A stretch of DNA of 64,000 nt, taken from assembly GCA_043800255.1 (NCBI GenBank), contig JAZDNF010000009.1, forward strand, positions 293,847-357,846. The letters run 5' to 3'. The first letter of the stretch is position 1. Each line of letters starts with the position of its first letter. The notes under the pieces were generated by a model that made no database searches, was not told the origin of the DNA, and worked only from the letters and a program-made list of their open reading frames with translations. Of the stretch, positions 54,698-63,686 are shown piece by piece. A program made the position numbers and the translations under genes. Source of the stretch: Candidatus Altiarchaeota archaeon (GTDB lineage: Archaea; Altiarchaeota; Altiarchaeia; IMC4; SCGC-AAA252-I15).

Positions 54698-55612
54698 CTA
54701 TCTCTTTTTTGTTTTTGTGTATTTTTCGATTGCCTCTTTTTTTATGAGCCAGTTTCTGCCGATTTTTAATGCTTCGATTCTCCCTTTTCTCGCAAGCAGG
54801 CTCAGGTATTCCTGCGAGTACTGCGTTCCTTTCGAGGCTTCGGCCAAGCTTATGTATTCAGACCCGCTTTTGAACGTGTCCAAGTACAAGTCCAGGCTTC
54901 TTTCAACGTTTCGTCCTATGAAGTCTATGAACGGTTTTATGCTTCCCTTGTCTGCTTTCTTCAGCCTGTCGTAGTATTTTTTCCTGTCCACTCTAAGCAC
55001 CATTGTTACCGGGTAACCGTGCCTCATGAGATACATGTTCATGAGCAATCTTGAGCATCTGCCGTTTCCGTCCGAGAACGGGTGTATCTCGACGAGGCGG
55101 TAGTGGGCCACGGAAGCGAGCTCTATGATGTTGAGTTTGTCCGGGTTTTTGTTTAGGTAGTCCACGTATTCTCTCATCTTCTGCCGGACCTTCTCAAATC
55201 TGGGCGGGCTTTTGACCGCTCCGAGAATCCGCACGTTTATGTCTCTGTACCTGCCGGCGTATTTGTCGTCAATGCCCGCTAAAACAACCCCGTGTATGCC
55301 CCGTATCATGTCCTCTGTCACCGGCATCTTTTTCTTGACTAAACCCTCCAGCAGCTCAAACGCCTTCTGGTGGTTCAACGCCTCGAAATGCTCTCTCAAC
55401 GGCTTGCCTTTTATGGTAATCCCTTCTTCGATAACGAGCCTTGTTTCGTTTAACGTTAGAGAATTGCCCTCTATCGCGTTCGAATTGTAGGCAAGTTCTA
55501 TTGCAAACTGCTTCCTGAGCCTCTCAAGAGCAGTTTTCGGCAGAGGCCTTAAAGCGTTCAACTCCTTCTTTTTCGAGATTATCCTCTCGTAGAGGTTCTT
55601 GTCCAATATCAT
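54698..55612 (-). CDS. Fic protein with C-terminal HTH
   Basis: SNAIEGN inhibitory helix, HPFSDGNGRCSR, C-terminal YISLAEA..YSQEYLSLLARKG..KIGRNW. Confidence 0.93.
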   Translation of the reverse strand: MILDKNLYERIISKKKELNALRPLPKTALERLRKQFAIELAYNSNAIEGNSLTLNETRLVIEEGITIKGKPLREHFEALNHQKAFELLEGLVKKKMPVTEDMIRGIHGVVLAGIDDKYAGRYRDINVRILGAVKSPPRFEKVRQKMREYVDYLNKNPDKLNIIELASVAHYRLVEIHPFSDGNGRCSRLLMNMYLMRHGYPVTMVLRVDRKKYYDRLKKADKGSIKPFIDFIGRNVERSLDLYLDTFKSGSEYISLAEASKGTQYSQEYLSLLARKGRIEALKIGRNWLIKKEAIEKYTKTKKR

Positions 55613-55623
55613 TGTAAGTTATT

Positions 55624-55658
55624 GTATCGGATAGCTTATAAATACGTCTATCCGATAC
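55624..55658. promoter_or_regulatory. Perfect 11-bp inverted repeat around the TATA box of the fic gene
   Basis: GTATCGGATAG-cttataaatacgt-CTATCCGATAC. Confidence 0.75.
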
Positions 55659-55772
55659 TTTAACCCCCGGATCAACTAGATGTGAGAAAAAGATACGCTC
55701 AGTTCTCAGACTCTAACAAAAAAAAGTCTGAAACCCCGATAGGACATTTAACAGTTTGTTAACTTTTTCGCG

Positions 55773-55849
55773 TGGGGGAAGAGGTTAAGCGGTATCCGGT
55801 TTCATTGGACAAATTCTTTTTTGTCCACACAATTCTTACACCTGGCCGC
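55773..55849 (+). repeat. Scaffold repeats C+D contiguous (empty site)
   Basis: C resembles 61921-61952; D (55800-55849) resembles 62731-62780. Confidence 0.8.
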
Positions 55850-55917
55850 CTGCCGCTCCCGCAAAAAGCAGCAGGGCAGCGAACCAGACAAAAACCGTGT
55901 TTTTCATGATTTTCTCC

Positions 55918-56250
55918 CTATTTTCTGACCTTTATCTTTTCAGCGAACTTGCGAGCGTCAGCCAACTGTTCCATGAGGACTTCTCGCATGATGTCGCATG
56001 CTTTCACCACCTTCGGGTTCGCTATCTTGTAGTATATTTTCAGTCCGTCCCTTCTGGTTTCGACGATTTTTTTGGCCCGCATTACAGCCAGGTGCTGCGA
56101 GAGGTTGGCTTTGCGTATCCTCATCTCGGTGGCCAGCTCGTCAACCGACTTTTCCCCGTTCCTCAAGAGGTTTATTACCTCCAGCCTCTTCGGATTGGAC
56201 ATGGTCTTACAGACGTCCGCATGCAGTTCATAAACTTGTTTATCTGTCAT
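55918..56250 (-). CDS. ArsR/SmtB family regulator
   Basis: HADVCKTMSNPKRLEVI, NLSQHLAVMR, KACD. Confidence 0.9.
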   Translation of the reverse strand: MTDKQVYELHADVCKTMSNPKRLEVINLLRNGEKSVDELATEMRIRKANLSQHLAVMRAKKIVETRRDGLKIYYKIANPKVVKACDIMREVLMEQLADARKFAEKIKVRK

Positions 56251-56262
56251 TCTATCCTCCCC

Positions 56263-56673
56263 TCATATGTTTTTCCACACTTTCGCCAGCGACTGTCCGC
56301 CGACGTGGATCTTGAACTCCAGGAAATACCCGAACGGCGTTGTGTCTGCCTCAAAGCCTTTTTCGGTCAGCTTCGCCTTGAGCGCTTCAATGATCTCCCC
56401 TGCGAACCCTATGCTCGACTTGCTGTCGGACAGGTGTGCGAAAGAATGCAGGACAACCCTGCTCCTCCCTACTTTCCGGGCAAGCCAGCTTATGTTCCCG
56501 ACCGCATCCTTCAGGACGGAATCCCTGCGCCCCTCATCCTCCTTCTCGGACTGGAGGAAAACGACGACGGCGTTGTCTATTCTGTGCTCCTTGTCCACGG
56601 CCTCCACGCTTTCCAATGTCTTGCTGTGCGTCCTGTACCAGAACTCCGGCGAGTCGAACATTAATAATTTCAT
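56263..56673 (-). CDS. Free-standing threonyl-tRNA synthetase editing-domain-like protein
   Basis: MKLLMF, LHSFAHLSDSKS, TPFGYF..F.IHV.G. Confidence 0.82.
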   Translation of the reverse strand: MKLLMFDSPEFWYRTHSKTLESVEAVDKEHRIDNAVVVFLQSEKEDEGRRDSVLKDAVGNISWLARKVGRSRVVLHSFAHLSDSKSSIGFAGEIIEALKAKLTEKGFEADTTPFGYFLEFKIHVGGQSLAKVWKNI

Positions 56674-56696
56674 ATGTTCAAATAATTGAATATATG
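56671..56696. promoter_or_regulatory. ArsR-type operator
   Basis: CATATGTTCAA-ataa-TTGAATATATG inverted repeat (1 mismatch) over the start codon. Confidence 0.6.
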
Positions 56697-56788
56697 GATA
56701 TAGATGCTTGAGTATAAAAACGCGACAGTAACCGAAAAGAAACGGAACCCGGCTAATGCACCGCATAGCAGATTAGTTTGGACTCTGA

Positions 56789-56808
56789 AGCCCCGATTGG
56801 GATTTGAA
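56789..56808 (-). other. Isolated tRNA 3' fragment (att-like remnant)
   Basis: Minus strand TTCAAAT CCCAA TCGGGGC T = T-loop, T-stem 3' strand, acceptor 3' strand, discriminator; no 5' half. Confidence 0.5.
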
Positions 56809-56866
56809 GAATCTGTTCGGATTAGGCGGGGGAGACCCTATATGACTACACTCTGCGGCCATGTAG

Positions 56867-57808
56867 TCATATACCATTTAGGGTATTCCTAAGCCTATCA
56901 TATGACTTCAGCATTAGTTCTATGCTAGGCCTGAGGTTACCTTCTTTTTCATATACCTGGAGCGTAGAATAGTACTCCATACTAGATTTTAACTCTATAT
57001 TCGCTGGTGGAAGGCCGTGTTTCAAGAGTATGTTGTTCATCAATAGTCTCCCCACTCTGCCATTTCCATCCTCAAAGGGGTGGATGTTCTCGAACTGGTT
57101 GTGAACAACAGCGGCAAGGACAATAGGATGATAATGTTTCTTGTTTTCTGCGTACCATTCCACGAGTTCCTTTAGAAGGCTCAAGACCTGCTTTTGTGGT
57201 GCACCTCTATGGAGGACCTCACCGTATCGGGTTTTAACGACTACTTCAACTCCATGGGAGCGTAGCCTACCTGCAAACCCTTTAGAGTTCTTGAAGACCA
57301 TCTTGTGCAGCCCCCTCATCAATTCGATTGACAAGTGTTCCTTAGTTTTCCTAATCAACTTGATTGCGTCAGCAACACCATATGTTTCAGCAATCTCATC
57401 CTTCGCCTTGTCTGGCCACTTGTCGTTCTCCAATATGTTTTTCACTTCCGCAAGATTGACGGTCGAGCCTTCTATGGCGTTCGTGTTATATGTAAAAAGC
57501 TCCGTAAACCTAACCCACTGCTCCTCAGAGAGATGGCTAATCTTGATGTCGTGCTTTCCTATCAGGGATTTTATAGATGCCATCTCCGAAGGAGACAAAA
57601 CAGTCTTTAATGGGTCACTGATGTTCTTATCCGCCTCAGCCCGCCACATCAGCGCCTTCTCAGCGGCAGGCCGCAACGAAGCGACCTCCTTCTCAGCAAG
57701 GTTGACGCCTAGATACTTCCTCAGCTTCTTAACTTTGCCTTCGTGACGGAAAGAATGGGCCACATAATAGAACTTCTTCCCACCGCGCTCCTGAACCTCA
57801 ATATGCAT
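56867..57808 (-). CDS. Fic protein with N-terminal beta-sheet DNA-binding-like domain
   Basis: KKFYYVAHSFRHEGKVKKLRKYLG; TNAIEGS; HPFEDGNGRVGR. Confidence 0.92.
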   Translation of the reverse strand: MHIEVQERGGKKFYYVAHSFRHEGKVKKLRKYLGVNLAEKEVASLRPAAEKALMWRAEADKNISDPLKTVLSPSEMASIKSLIGKHDIKISHLSEEQWVRFTELFTYNTNAIEGSTVNLAEVKNILENDKWPDKAKDEIAETYGVADAIKLIRKTKEHLSIELMRGLHKMVFKNSKGFAGRLRSHGVEVVVKTRYGEVLHRGAPQKQVLSLLKELVEWYAENKKHYHPIVLAAVVHNQFENIHPFEDGNGRVGRLLMNNILLKHGLPPANIELKSSMEYYSTLQVYEKEGNLRPSIELMLKSYDRLRNTLNGI

Positions 57809-57818
57809 CAGATAGTAT

Positions 57819-57862
57819 ATATGACTACAAGTTTAAATATGACTACAAGGATATGACTACAA
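57819..57862 (+). repeat. Three direct copies of ATATGACTACAA
   Basis: 57819, 57837, 57851; the same motif forms an inverted pair at 56839-56873. Confidence 0.9.
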
Positions 57863-58082
57863 ACAGAACTAAGTGTTCGAATCCCTCAAGAGGTTTCGAC
57901 AACACAAGCTACAGACGCTAAAAGGCCAGTATACTGCTTAAACGGCGAGTATCGCCCCGATCGGAACTAGAACTTTTTGCCACATTTTCCGGGGGAAACT
58001 CGTTATAAAGGCTGTATGGGGGCATTTTGACATGTTCCCATAAACGATGTTTTTAGTACAATGTATAGTCTAGGTCGTCCGC

Positions 58083-59045
58083 TTAGTCCATGTACTTGTA
58101 GTACACTTTGAAGAATTTACGGTAGGTGTCCTTGTATTTCTCCAGGAAGAATCTCTCAAGGGTGGATGTGTAGCCCCGGTCAAAATCTCCCAAGGACTTT
58201 ACGTATGATGTCCTTTGAGTTTTTCGTATGATTAGAGGCGGATACCCGTTACGCATCAAAATGATATTCGAGAGGAATCTGCCTACCCGCCCATTACCGT
58301 CTGCGAATGGGTGGATTTTCTCGAATCTCGCGTGGAAATGCGCTGAAACCCTAAGCGGGTGGGTCTTCTCCAGTGCCTCGTCATGCCATCTGATAAGATT
58401 CGTCAGTTCTTCCTGGGCTTTCTCTGGGGGAGTCAGCTGCACCTGGCTGCCGACAAGGAAGTTAGGATATTTTTTGTAGCCAATCCTGGAGTCAATGTCC
58501 TTCAAAAGGATTTTATGCATCCGCAAGATGTCTTTCTCCGCGACCTTGAACTTGTTTTTCAATACGAGGTCCATGACATGCCTGGAGTTCTTCGTCTCGT
58601 AGACTTCCCGCAGGTCCTTCCCCTCCGGAGACCTGCCGTCGAACATGACTACGGCGACATCCTTCAGCGTGAGACTATTTCCCTCAATGGCGTTGGATTC
58701 GTATGTGAAGTTGGCCGTGAACCTGTCGAACACGTCCCTATACTGTTCCCTGCTGAAGCTTTTCAGCATCCGATTATATTCGACCTTCATTTCCTCTACT
58801 TTGGAAATCTGTTGTTTTGTGAAGATACTGTCGGCAGCATACTTGGAGAGAGCATATTCTAGATTAACTCTCTTCTCCTCCCCCTCCATATACTCCGCAT
58901 ATTTCTTGGTCGCGGCCTCAAGACCCGGATTCTTTTTATCATTGACCAGCCGCTGCAAGGTCTTGACTGAGCCATCTGGCAACCTAACCGACTTAGTAAG
59001 GTATCTGTACTTTCTGCCGCGGATAACCTTGTCCTTAAAGTACAT
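58083..59045 (-). CDS. Fic protein with N-terminal beta-sheet domain
   Basis: RGRKYRYLTKSVRLPDG; SNAIEGN; HPFADGNGRVGR. Confidence 0.92.
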   Translation of the reverse strand: MYFKDKVIRGRKYRYLTKSVRLPDGSVKTLQRLVNDKKNPGLEAATKKYAEYMEGEEKRVNLEYALSKYAADSIFTKQQISKVEEMKVEYNRMLKSFSREQYRDVFDRFTANFTYESNAIEGNSLTLKDVAVVMFDGRSPEGKDLREVYETKNSRHVMDLVLKNKFKVAEKDILRMHKILLKDIDSRIGYKKYPNFLVGSQVQLTPPEKAQEELTNLIRWHDEALEKTHPLRVSAHFHARFEKIHPFADGNGRVGRFLSNIILMRNGYPPLIIRKTQRTSYVKSLGDFDRGYTSTLERFFLEKYKDTYRKFFKVYYKYMD

Positions 59046-59275
59046 GGGGTACTATTAGACCTACAATTATATAAATATAAAAAAATGTAGGGGTAACAGA
59101 TAATTTGGGCCTATTTAGGCCTTCAAGGATTCAAACCCCCACATACTCCACAAACCCGCACTAAACTGGCTAAAGATGGAGCATATCACGTAAACTTTGG
59201 GTCACCCCGATCGGGCTTACGACAGTTTGAGCAAAAACTGTTATACACAGATGGTGCTGAAGGTGGGGGAACTAA

Positions 59276-60565
59276 CTACCTTTGGTCTTCCAGAAGCCAT
59301 TTCCAGAGTGGTGTATAGGTTATGTTGTTTTCTTTTTTCTCTGTGTCCGCGGTTAATATCAGCATTTCCTTGATTTTCGGGTGTTTTTTCTTGAATTCCT
59401 GCAGCGATTTCACTTCTCTTTCGTCTATTTTGTCGGTGTAGGAAACGTTTATCGCCGTTAGCGTCTGGTCCTTGTTTTTCACTATGAAGTCGACTTCATC
59501 CTTCTCCTTCCAGTAGTAGACGTCGCTGTCCGCCCTCCTCAGCTGGAGGTAGACGAGGTTTTCGGCGAGTTTTCCTTCGTCCTCGGAGAACCTGAAGCTG
59601 GCTGCGTTCCTAAGGCCGTTGTCTATGCAGTATATTTTAGAGGGGTTTGTCTTCTGCTCCTTCAGCGAGTAGGAGAAATGGTCTATCGTGAAGAACAGGA
59701 ACGCCTCCTTGTAGTAGGACATGTAGTCTTTTATGGACTCGTAGGACAGACCAAGAGAGTTCCGAAGGTTCCGCAGCGACACCAGCCCAGTAAAGTTCGT
59801 TATGATGTATAGTGCGAGGTCTTTAGTCTTCTGGCTGTTCAGGTTGTGTCTGTCTATTATGTCTTTGTAGAGTATGTCCTCGAAATACTGGGCGAGCACC
59901 TTCGTTTTGAACTCCTTGTCCTTGAAGAACACGTCAGGGAATCCGCCGTGCTCGAAATACTCCTTCAGAGCGTTTATTATGGAATGTTTTGTCTTGTCGA
60001 GGATTATGCCCTTTCTCAGCTTGGCGGAGTCAACCTCTAACTTCTTGAAGGATAGGAATTCCTTGAAACTAAGGGGGAAGACTTCGAACGTCAGGTTCCT
60101 GCCGGTAAGCAGAGTCGAATACTCCCTCTTCAACAGGTAGGAGCATGACCCGGATATGATGAACTTGCAGTTGGAACTAAGGTCGTAGTGCTTCCTAACC
60201 CACGACTCCCAGCCGTCCCTCCTATGCACTTCATCCAAAAATACGTACGCCTTCTTGTCGGGGTTCAAGTTCCCCCGATAGGTAGTGTAAATGTCGTCCA
60301 ATGAATCCTTTGCCAGCTTATTGTCCTCCAAGTTCACGAAAAGAACCTGCTCCGGCGTAACACCATCCTTCAGGAGATTATCCACCATCTGATACATCAA
60401 AGTGCTCTTCCCCGACCTCCTGACACCGGTGATGATTATAACTTCCTTTATGGACACGGACTTCAGGAGCAAAGCATAATCTTTCCTCTCCTTACCCCTT
60501 AGTACTTTAGGAACCTTGCCGTTCTGCCACCAGGGATTAGCCTCCGAAAGCTTACCTAGTTCCAT
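59276..60565 (-). CDS. AAA+ ATPase with DUF4143/PD-(D/E)xK C-terminus
   Basis: NPWW, GVRRSGKS, FLDEV, LTGR, GGFP, KIYCIDNG, EVDF. Confidence 0.9.
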   Translation of the reverse strand: MELGKLSEANPWWQNGKVPKVLRGKERKDYALLLKSVSIKEVIIITGVRRSGKSTLMYQMVDNLLKDGVTPEQVLFVNLEDNKLAKDSLDDIYTTYRGNLNPDKKAYVFLDEVHRRDGWESWVRKHYDLSSNCKFIISGSCSYLLKREYSTLLTGRNLTFEVFPLSFKEFLSFKKLEVDSAKLRKGIILDKTKHSIINALKEYFEHGGFPDVFFKDKEFKTKVLAQYFEDILYKDIIDRHNLNSQKTKDLALYIITNFTGLVSLRNLRNSLGLSYESIKDYMSYYKEAFLFFTIDHFSYSLKEQKTNPSKIYCIDNGLRNAASFRFSEDEGKLAENLVYLQLRRADSDVYYWKEKDEVDFIVKNKDQTLTAINVSYTDKIDEREVKSLQEFKKKHPKIKEMLILTADTEKKENNITYTPLWKWLLEDQR

Positions 60566-60667
60566 GCTACGTTATAATGTAACATACAAGCTTAAAAAGG
60601 CTACGGTAGAACGTAACACAACAAAACAGGGGACTGAACAAAATGTGCAAAACCCCGCCAACCCGGG

Positions 60668-60712
60668 TGGAGGCGGTTCTATTAATTGCTTTTGTCTGTG
60701 ATATGTAAGCTA
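60668..60712 (+). repeat. Scaffold repeat A, copy 2
   Basis: 28-nt identity with 52656-52683 and further similarity up to the ATG. Confidence 0.9.
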
Positions 60713-61830
60713 TGAGAGTGGAGCTGCTGGTCTTATTAGTGGTCCTGTTAAGCGGCTGCGTCGGCAGACCTCCTGAAACCCCGACTACTTTGGAGGTTGC
60801 ATCCACAACCATTGCTGTGACCTCTATGATGGAGGTTTTAACGACAACTTCAACTACTAGTGCATCCTCAACAACCACCATACTCACGATATCAGACGCG
60901 ATAGAGGACAACTGCATCGGCTTCCTCGTCGGCGCTCCTGAGGATATGGGAACAATCGCCGTGGTTGGTGCCGGCTGGGCTAGGCCGCATCCGGGGCCGT
61001 TCGCTTGGGGTTGGATAGAAAAGACTAGGGGAGAGTATGATTTCAGTGCGGTTGACGAGTATGTGAGGCGCGCTCAGGAGAACAATGTTGCCATACTCGC
61101 GACCGTCTGGCCTTACGCCGACTGGGATCATGAGGAGTGCCATTCTGTCGAATGCGATGTGTCGGAGGGGGACATCTTCTATCCGCGAAAAAAATTCTCC
61201 TCAGTTGAGGGAATCCCGAGGAAGCGTTGCATCCCCTGCGATTTGGATGCGTATAAGGTTTTCGTCTCAAAACTCGTTGACAGATATGATGGCGACGGCG
61301 TTGATGACATGCCTGGCCTAACGCTTCCCATCATCTATTATGAGATATTGAACGAGCCGTCGATGCAGGAGGAAGATTTGACCTTCTTCAGGGGCACTCC
61401 AGCGGAATATGTCGAAATCATCAGAGCATCATATGAGGCGGTCAAGGGAACCTGTCCTGAGTGTAGGGTTGTCCAAGCGGGAGCGTCTGGCATCCATGAC
61501 GAGCCTATCAGGTTCTGGGATGATGCTTTTGCCCTCGGCGCCGGCGACTATTTTGACGTGGCGAACATCCATTTCATAGGCTCCGGCGACCTCTCAACAT
61601 TAAACGTGGGGGACTTTAAGAAGCTGATGGGCAAGCATTCCATCGACAAACCGGTCTGGGTCACTGAGGCTGAATTCCGGGGTATTGGAGAAGTCGACGG
61701 TGCGGTGACCGGCGCATTGAACGCTGGCGCGGAGAGGATATTCTTCACGGGATTCGGCGCGGGCCACGAACCCCTGCAAAAACCCGGACAATTCGCCCAA
61801 CTGTACAAAACCCAGCGCGACAAATGCTGA
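60712..61830 (+). CDS. GH39/GH5-like glycoside hydrolase lipoprotein
   Basis: LSGC lipobox, T-rich linker, YEILNEP, NIHF, VWVTE; DGDGVDD Ca-loop. Confidence 0.75.
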   Translation: MRVELLVLLVVLLSGCVGRPPETPTTLEVASTTIAVTSMMEVLTTTSTTSASSTTTILTISDAIEDNCIGFLVGAPEDMGTIAVVGAGWARPHPGPFAWGWIEKTRGEYDFSAVDEYVRRAQENNVAILATVWPYADWDHEECHSVECDVSEGDIFYPRKKFSSVEGIPRKRCIPCDLDAYKVFVSKLVDRYDGDGVDDMPGLTLPIIYYEILNEPSMQEEDLTFFRGTPAEYVEIIRASYEAVKGTCPECRVVQAGASGIHDEPIRFWDDAFALGAGDYFDVANIHFIGSGDLSTLNVGDFKKLMGKHSIDKPVWVTEAEFRGIGEVDGAVTGALNAGAERIFFTGFGAGHEPLQKPGQFAQLYKTQRDKC

Positions 61831-62019
61831 GGATCAAATCAATGCTCTCATTCCCAACACTTAACAGAGATACACGACTAACAGAACCCGCCCCTACTGA
61901 AACCCAACACGCCCTTGCAATGGGGTGGAGAGGTTAGACGGCGTCCGGTCTCTGACTGGTTGTTTTTCACATTGAGCATTTATATATTTGAGATACATAT
62001 GTTATACAAGGTGATATAA

Positions 62020-62256
62020 ATGAGTGTGCAGTTGAATGTGAGGACAACACCTGTACTGGTTGATGAAGTAGACAAGGTAGTAGAGAAAGGCTACTTCAGG
62101 AACAGGACTGAGGCAGTGAACGAGGCCCTGAGGCTTTTGATCAGAAGGTACCAGCTGATGAGACTGGAGGAGCGGATGAACAAAGTCGGTGAAAGAACGA
62201 GAGAGCTGCCGAGCGTGACCGACGCTGTTGTCAACTCGCATAGAGAAGAAGACTAG
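62020..62256 (+). CDS. RHH antitoxin (VapB-like)
   Basis: QLNVR..LVDEVDKVVEKGYFRNRTEAVNEALR. Confidence 0.85.
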   Translation: MSVQLNVRTTPVLVDEVDKVVEKGYFRNRTEAVNEALRLLIRRYQLMRLEERMNKVGERTRELPSVTDAVVNSHREED

Positions 62257-62257
62257 A

Positions 62258-62713
62258 ATGGTTGAGTGCATTGATGCCAGTGTGGTGGTAAAGTGGTTCA
62301 AAAAGGATGAACCATACAGAAAGGAAGCTGAGAAGCTTTACCGGAGGATAAGAGATCTTGAAACAGAGTTTGTGGCAAGTGAATGGATCCTCCTCGAAGT
62401 TACTCGGGGTCTGGTGAAAGCCAATGTCAAAAGAGAAGACAGTGAGGAGGCATGCGACATACTAAATGATCTGTTCTCAGTGGGCGCTGTGAAAAGGATT
62501 CCGGTTTCGGGTGTGATGGATTCTGCCAACGGCATTGAGTTGGATTTGAATCTTTACGCTGCAGATGCAGTGCATCTTGCAACCGCAATAATCACAAACT
62601 CCAGAATACTCTGGAGCGAGGACGAGCACCTGCACAAAAAGAACGTAACAGAATACGCCAGAAAACATGGACTGAATATACAGAAGCTAAGTAAAATCAG
62701 ATCAAACGAATAA
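62258..62713 (+). CDS. vapC: PIN-domain toxin
   Basis: IDASVVVKW, E, LYAADAVHLA, SED. Confidence 0.9.
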   Translation: MVECIDASVVVKWFKKDEPYRKEAEKLYRRIRDLETEFVASEWILLEVTRGLVKANVKREDSEEACDILNDLFSVGAVKRIPVSGVMDSANGIELDLNLYAADAVHLATAIITNSRILWSEDEHLHKKNVTEYARKHGLNIQKLSKIRSNE

Positions 62714-63113
62714 TCTCAGTCAAATCTCGATTTCATTTGACAGGTTCTTTTTTCTCCACACGGTTCTTACACCTCGCCGCGAACAACTCGCCCCCATACT
62801 GGAGAACCCGGTTCCACACGCTTCTGTCAATACTCTTCAAACAATGCGATTCCACCAGTCTATTGACTGGTGGTCTGGCGGAATCGCGTGTGTAACAACC
62901 GCCGGTTCTCGGAAATGCCGCCGATCTCTGACCAGCGGTTGTTTACATACGACGCTTCCGCACCACAAACCGAACACTTCATTCCCGTTCCCTCCGTTCA
63001 ACACTAAACACTATCAACTACAAATTAAAAAACCCAACAGAAAAAAGATTAGCCCCGGGAGCGAAGTGAAGAAAAAAGATTTATTTGTAAATTTTAATTA
63101 ATATACCTAACAC

Positions 63114-63686
63114 ATGAGCGAACTTAAAACACTCTACGTCACGAACAGAAAAGACTGGTGCAAATGGCTGGAAAAGAATTTTGATAAAGAAAAAGAGATT
63201 TGGTTGGTGTATCCAAAAAAATCTTCCGGGAAAGAAAGAATTTTATACAATGACGCAGTAGAAGAAGCATTGTGTTTTGGTTGGATTGACAGCACGGTTA
63301 AATCTCTTAATGAAGATAGTAGTATCCAGCGTTTTTCTCCAAGAAACCCAAAAAGCACTTACTCTCAACAAAACAAGGAGAGAATAAAATGGCTTTTAGA
63401 ACATGATATGATTCATGCGTCAGTGCTTGAAAAGGCAAAGGAAATTGCTTCAGAAAAGTTTGTTTTCCCAAAAGATATCATTAACGCTGTAAGGAAAGAC
63501 AAAGTGGCTTGGGAAAACTACTGTAATTTTTCGGACACATACAAAAGAATTCGAATAGCATACATTGACGCTGCACGAAAACGCCCTGACGAATTCAAAA
63601 AGAGGCTTAACAATTTTATCACCAAAACTAAAGAAAACAAACAAATAGGGTTTGGTGGAATTGAGAAATATTATTATGAGATTTGA
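63114..63686 (+). CDS. YdeI/OmpD-associated family protein (AT-rich gene)
   Basis: WLEKN, AVEEALCFGWIDS, RFSPR.PKS.YS..N, AARKRP...KRL. Confidence 0.88.
   Translation: MSELKTLYVTNRKDWCKWLEKNFDKEKEIWLVYPKKSSGKERILYNDAVEEALCFGWIDSTVKSLNEDSSIQRFSPRNPKSTYSQQNKERIKWLLEHDMIHASVLEKAKEIASEKFVFPKDIINAVRKDKVAWENYCNFSDTYKRIRIAYIDAARKRPDEFKKRLNNFITKTKENKQIGFGGIEKYYYEI

Noticed and set aside
57819-57862. Mini CRISPR array
   Set aside because: 12-nt repeats with 2-6 nt spacers are far too short; no cas genes.
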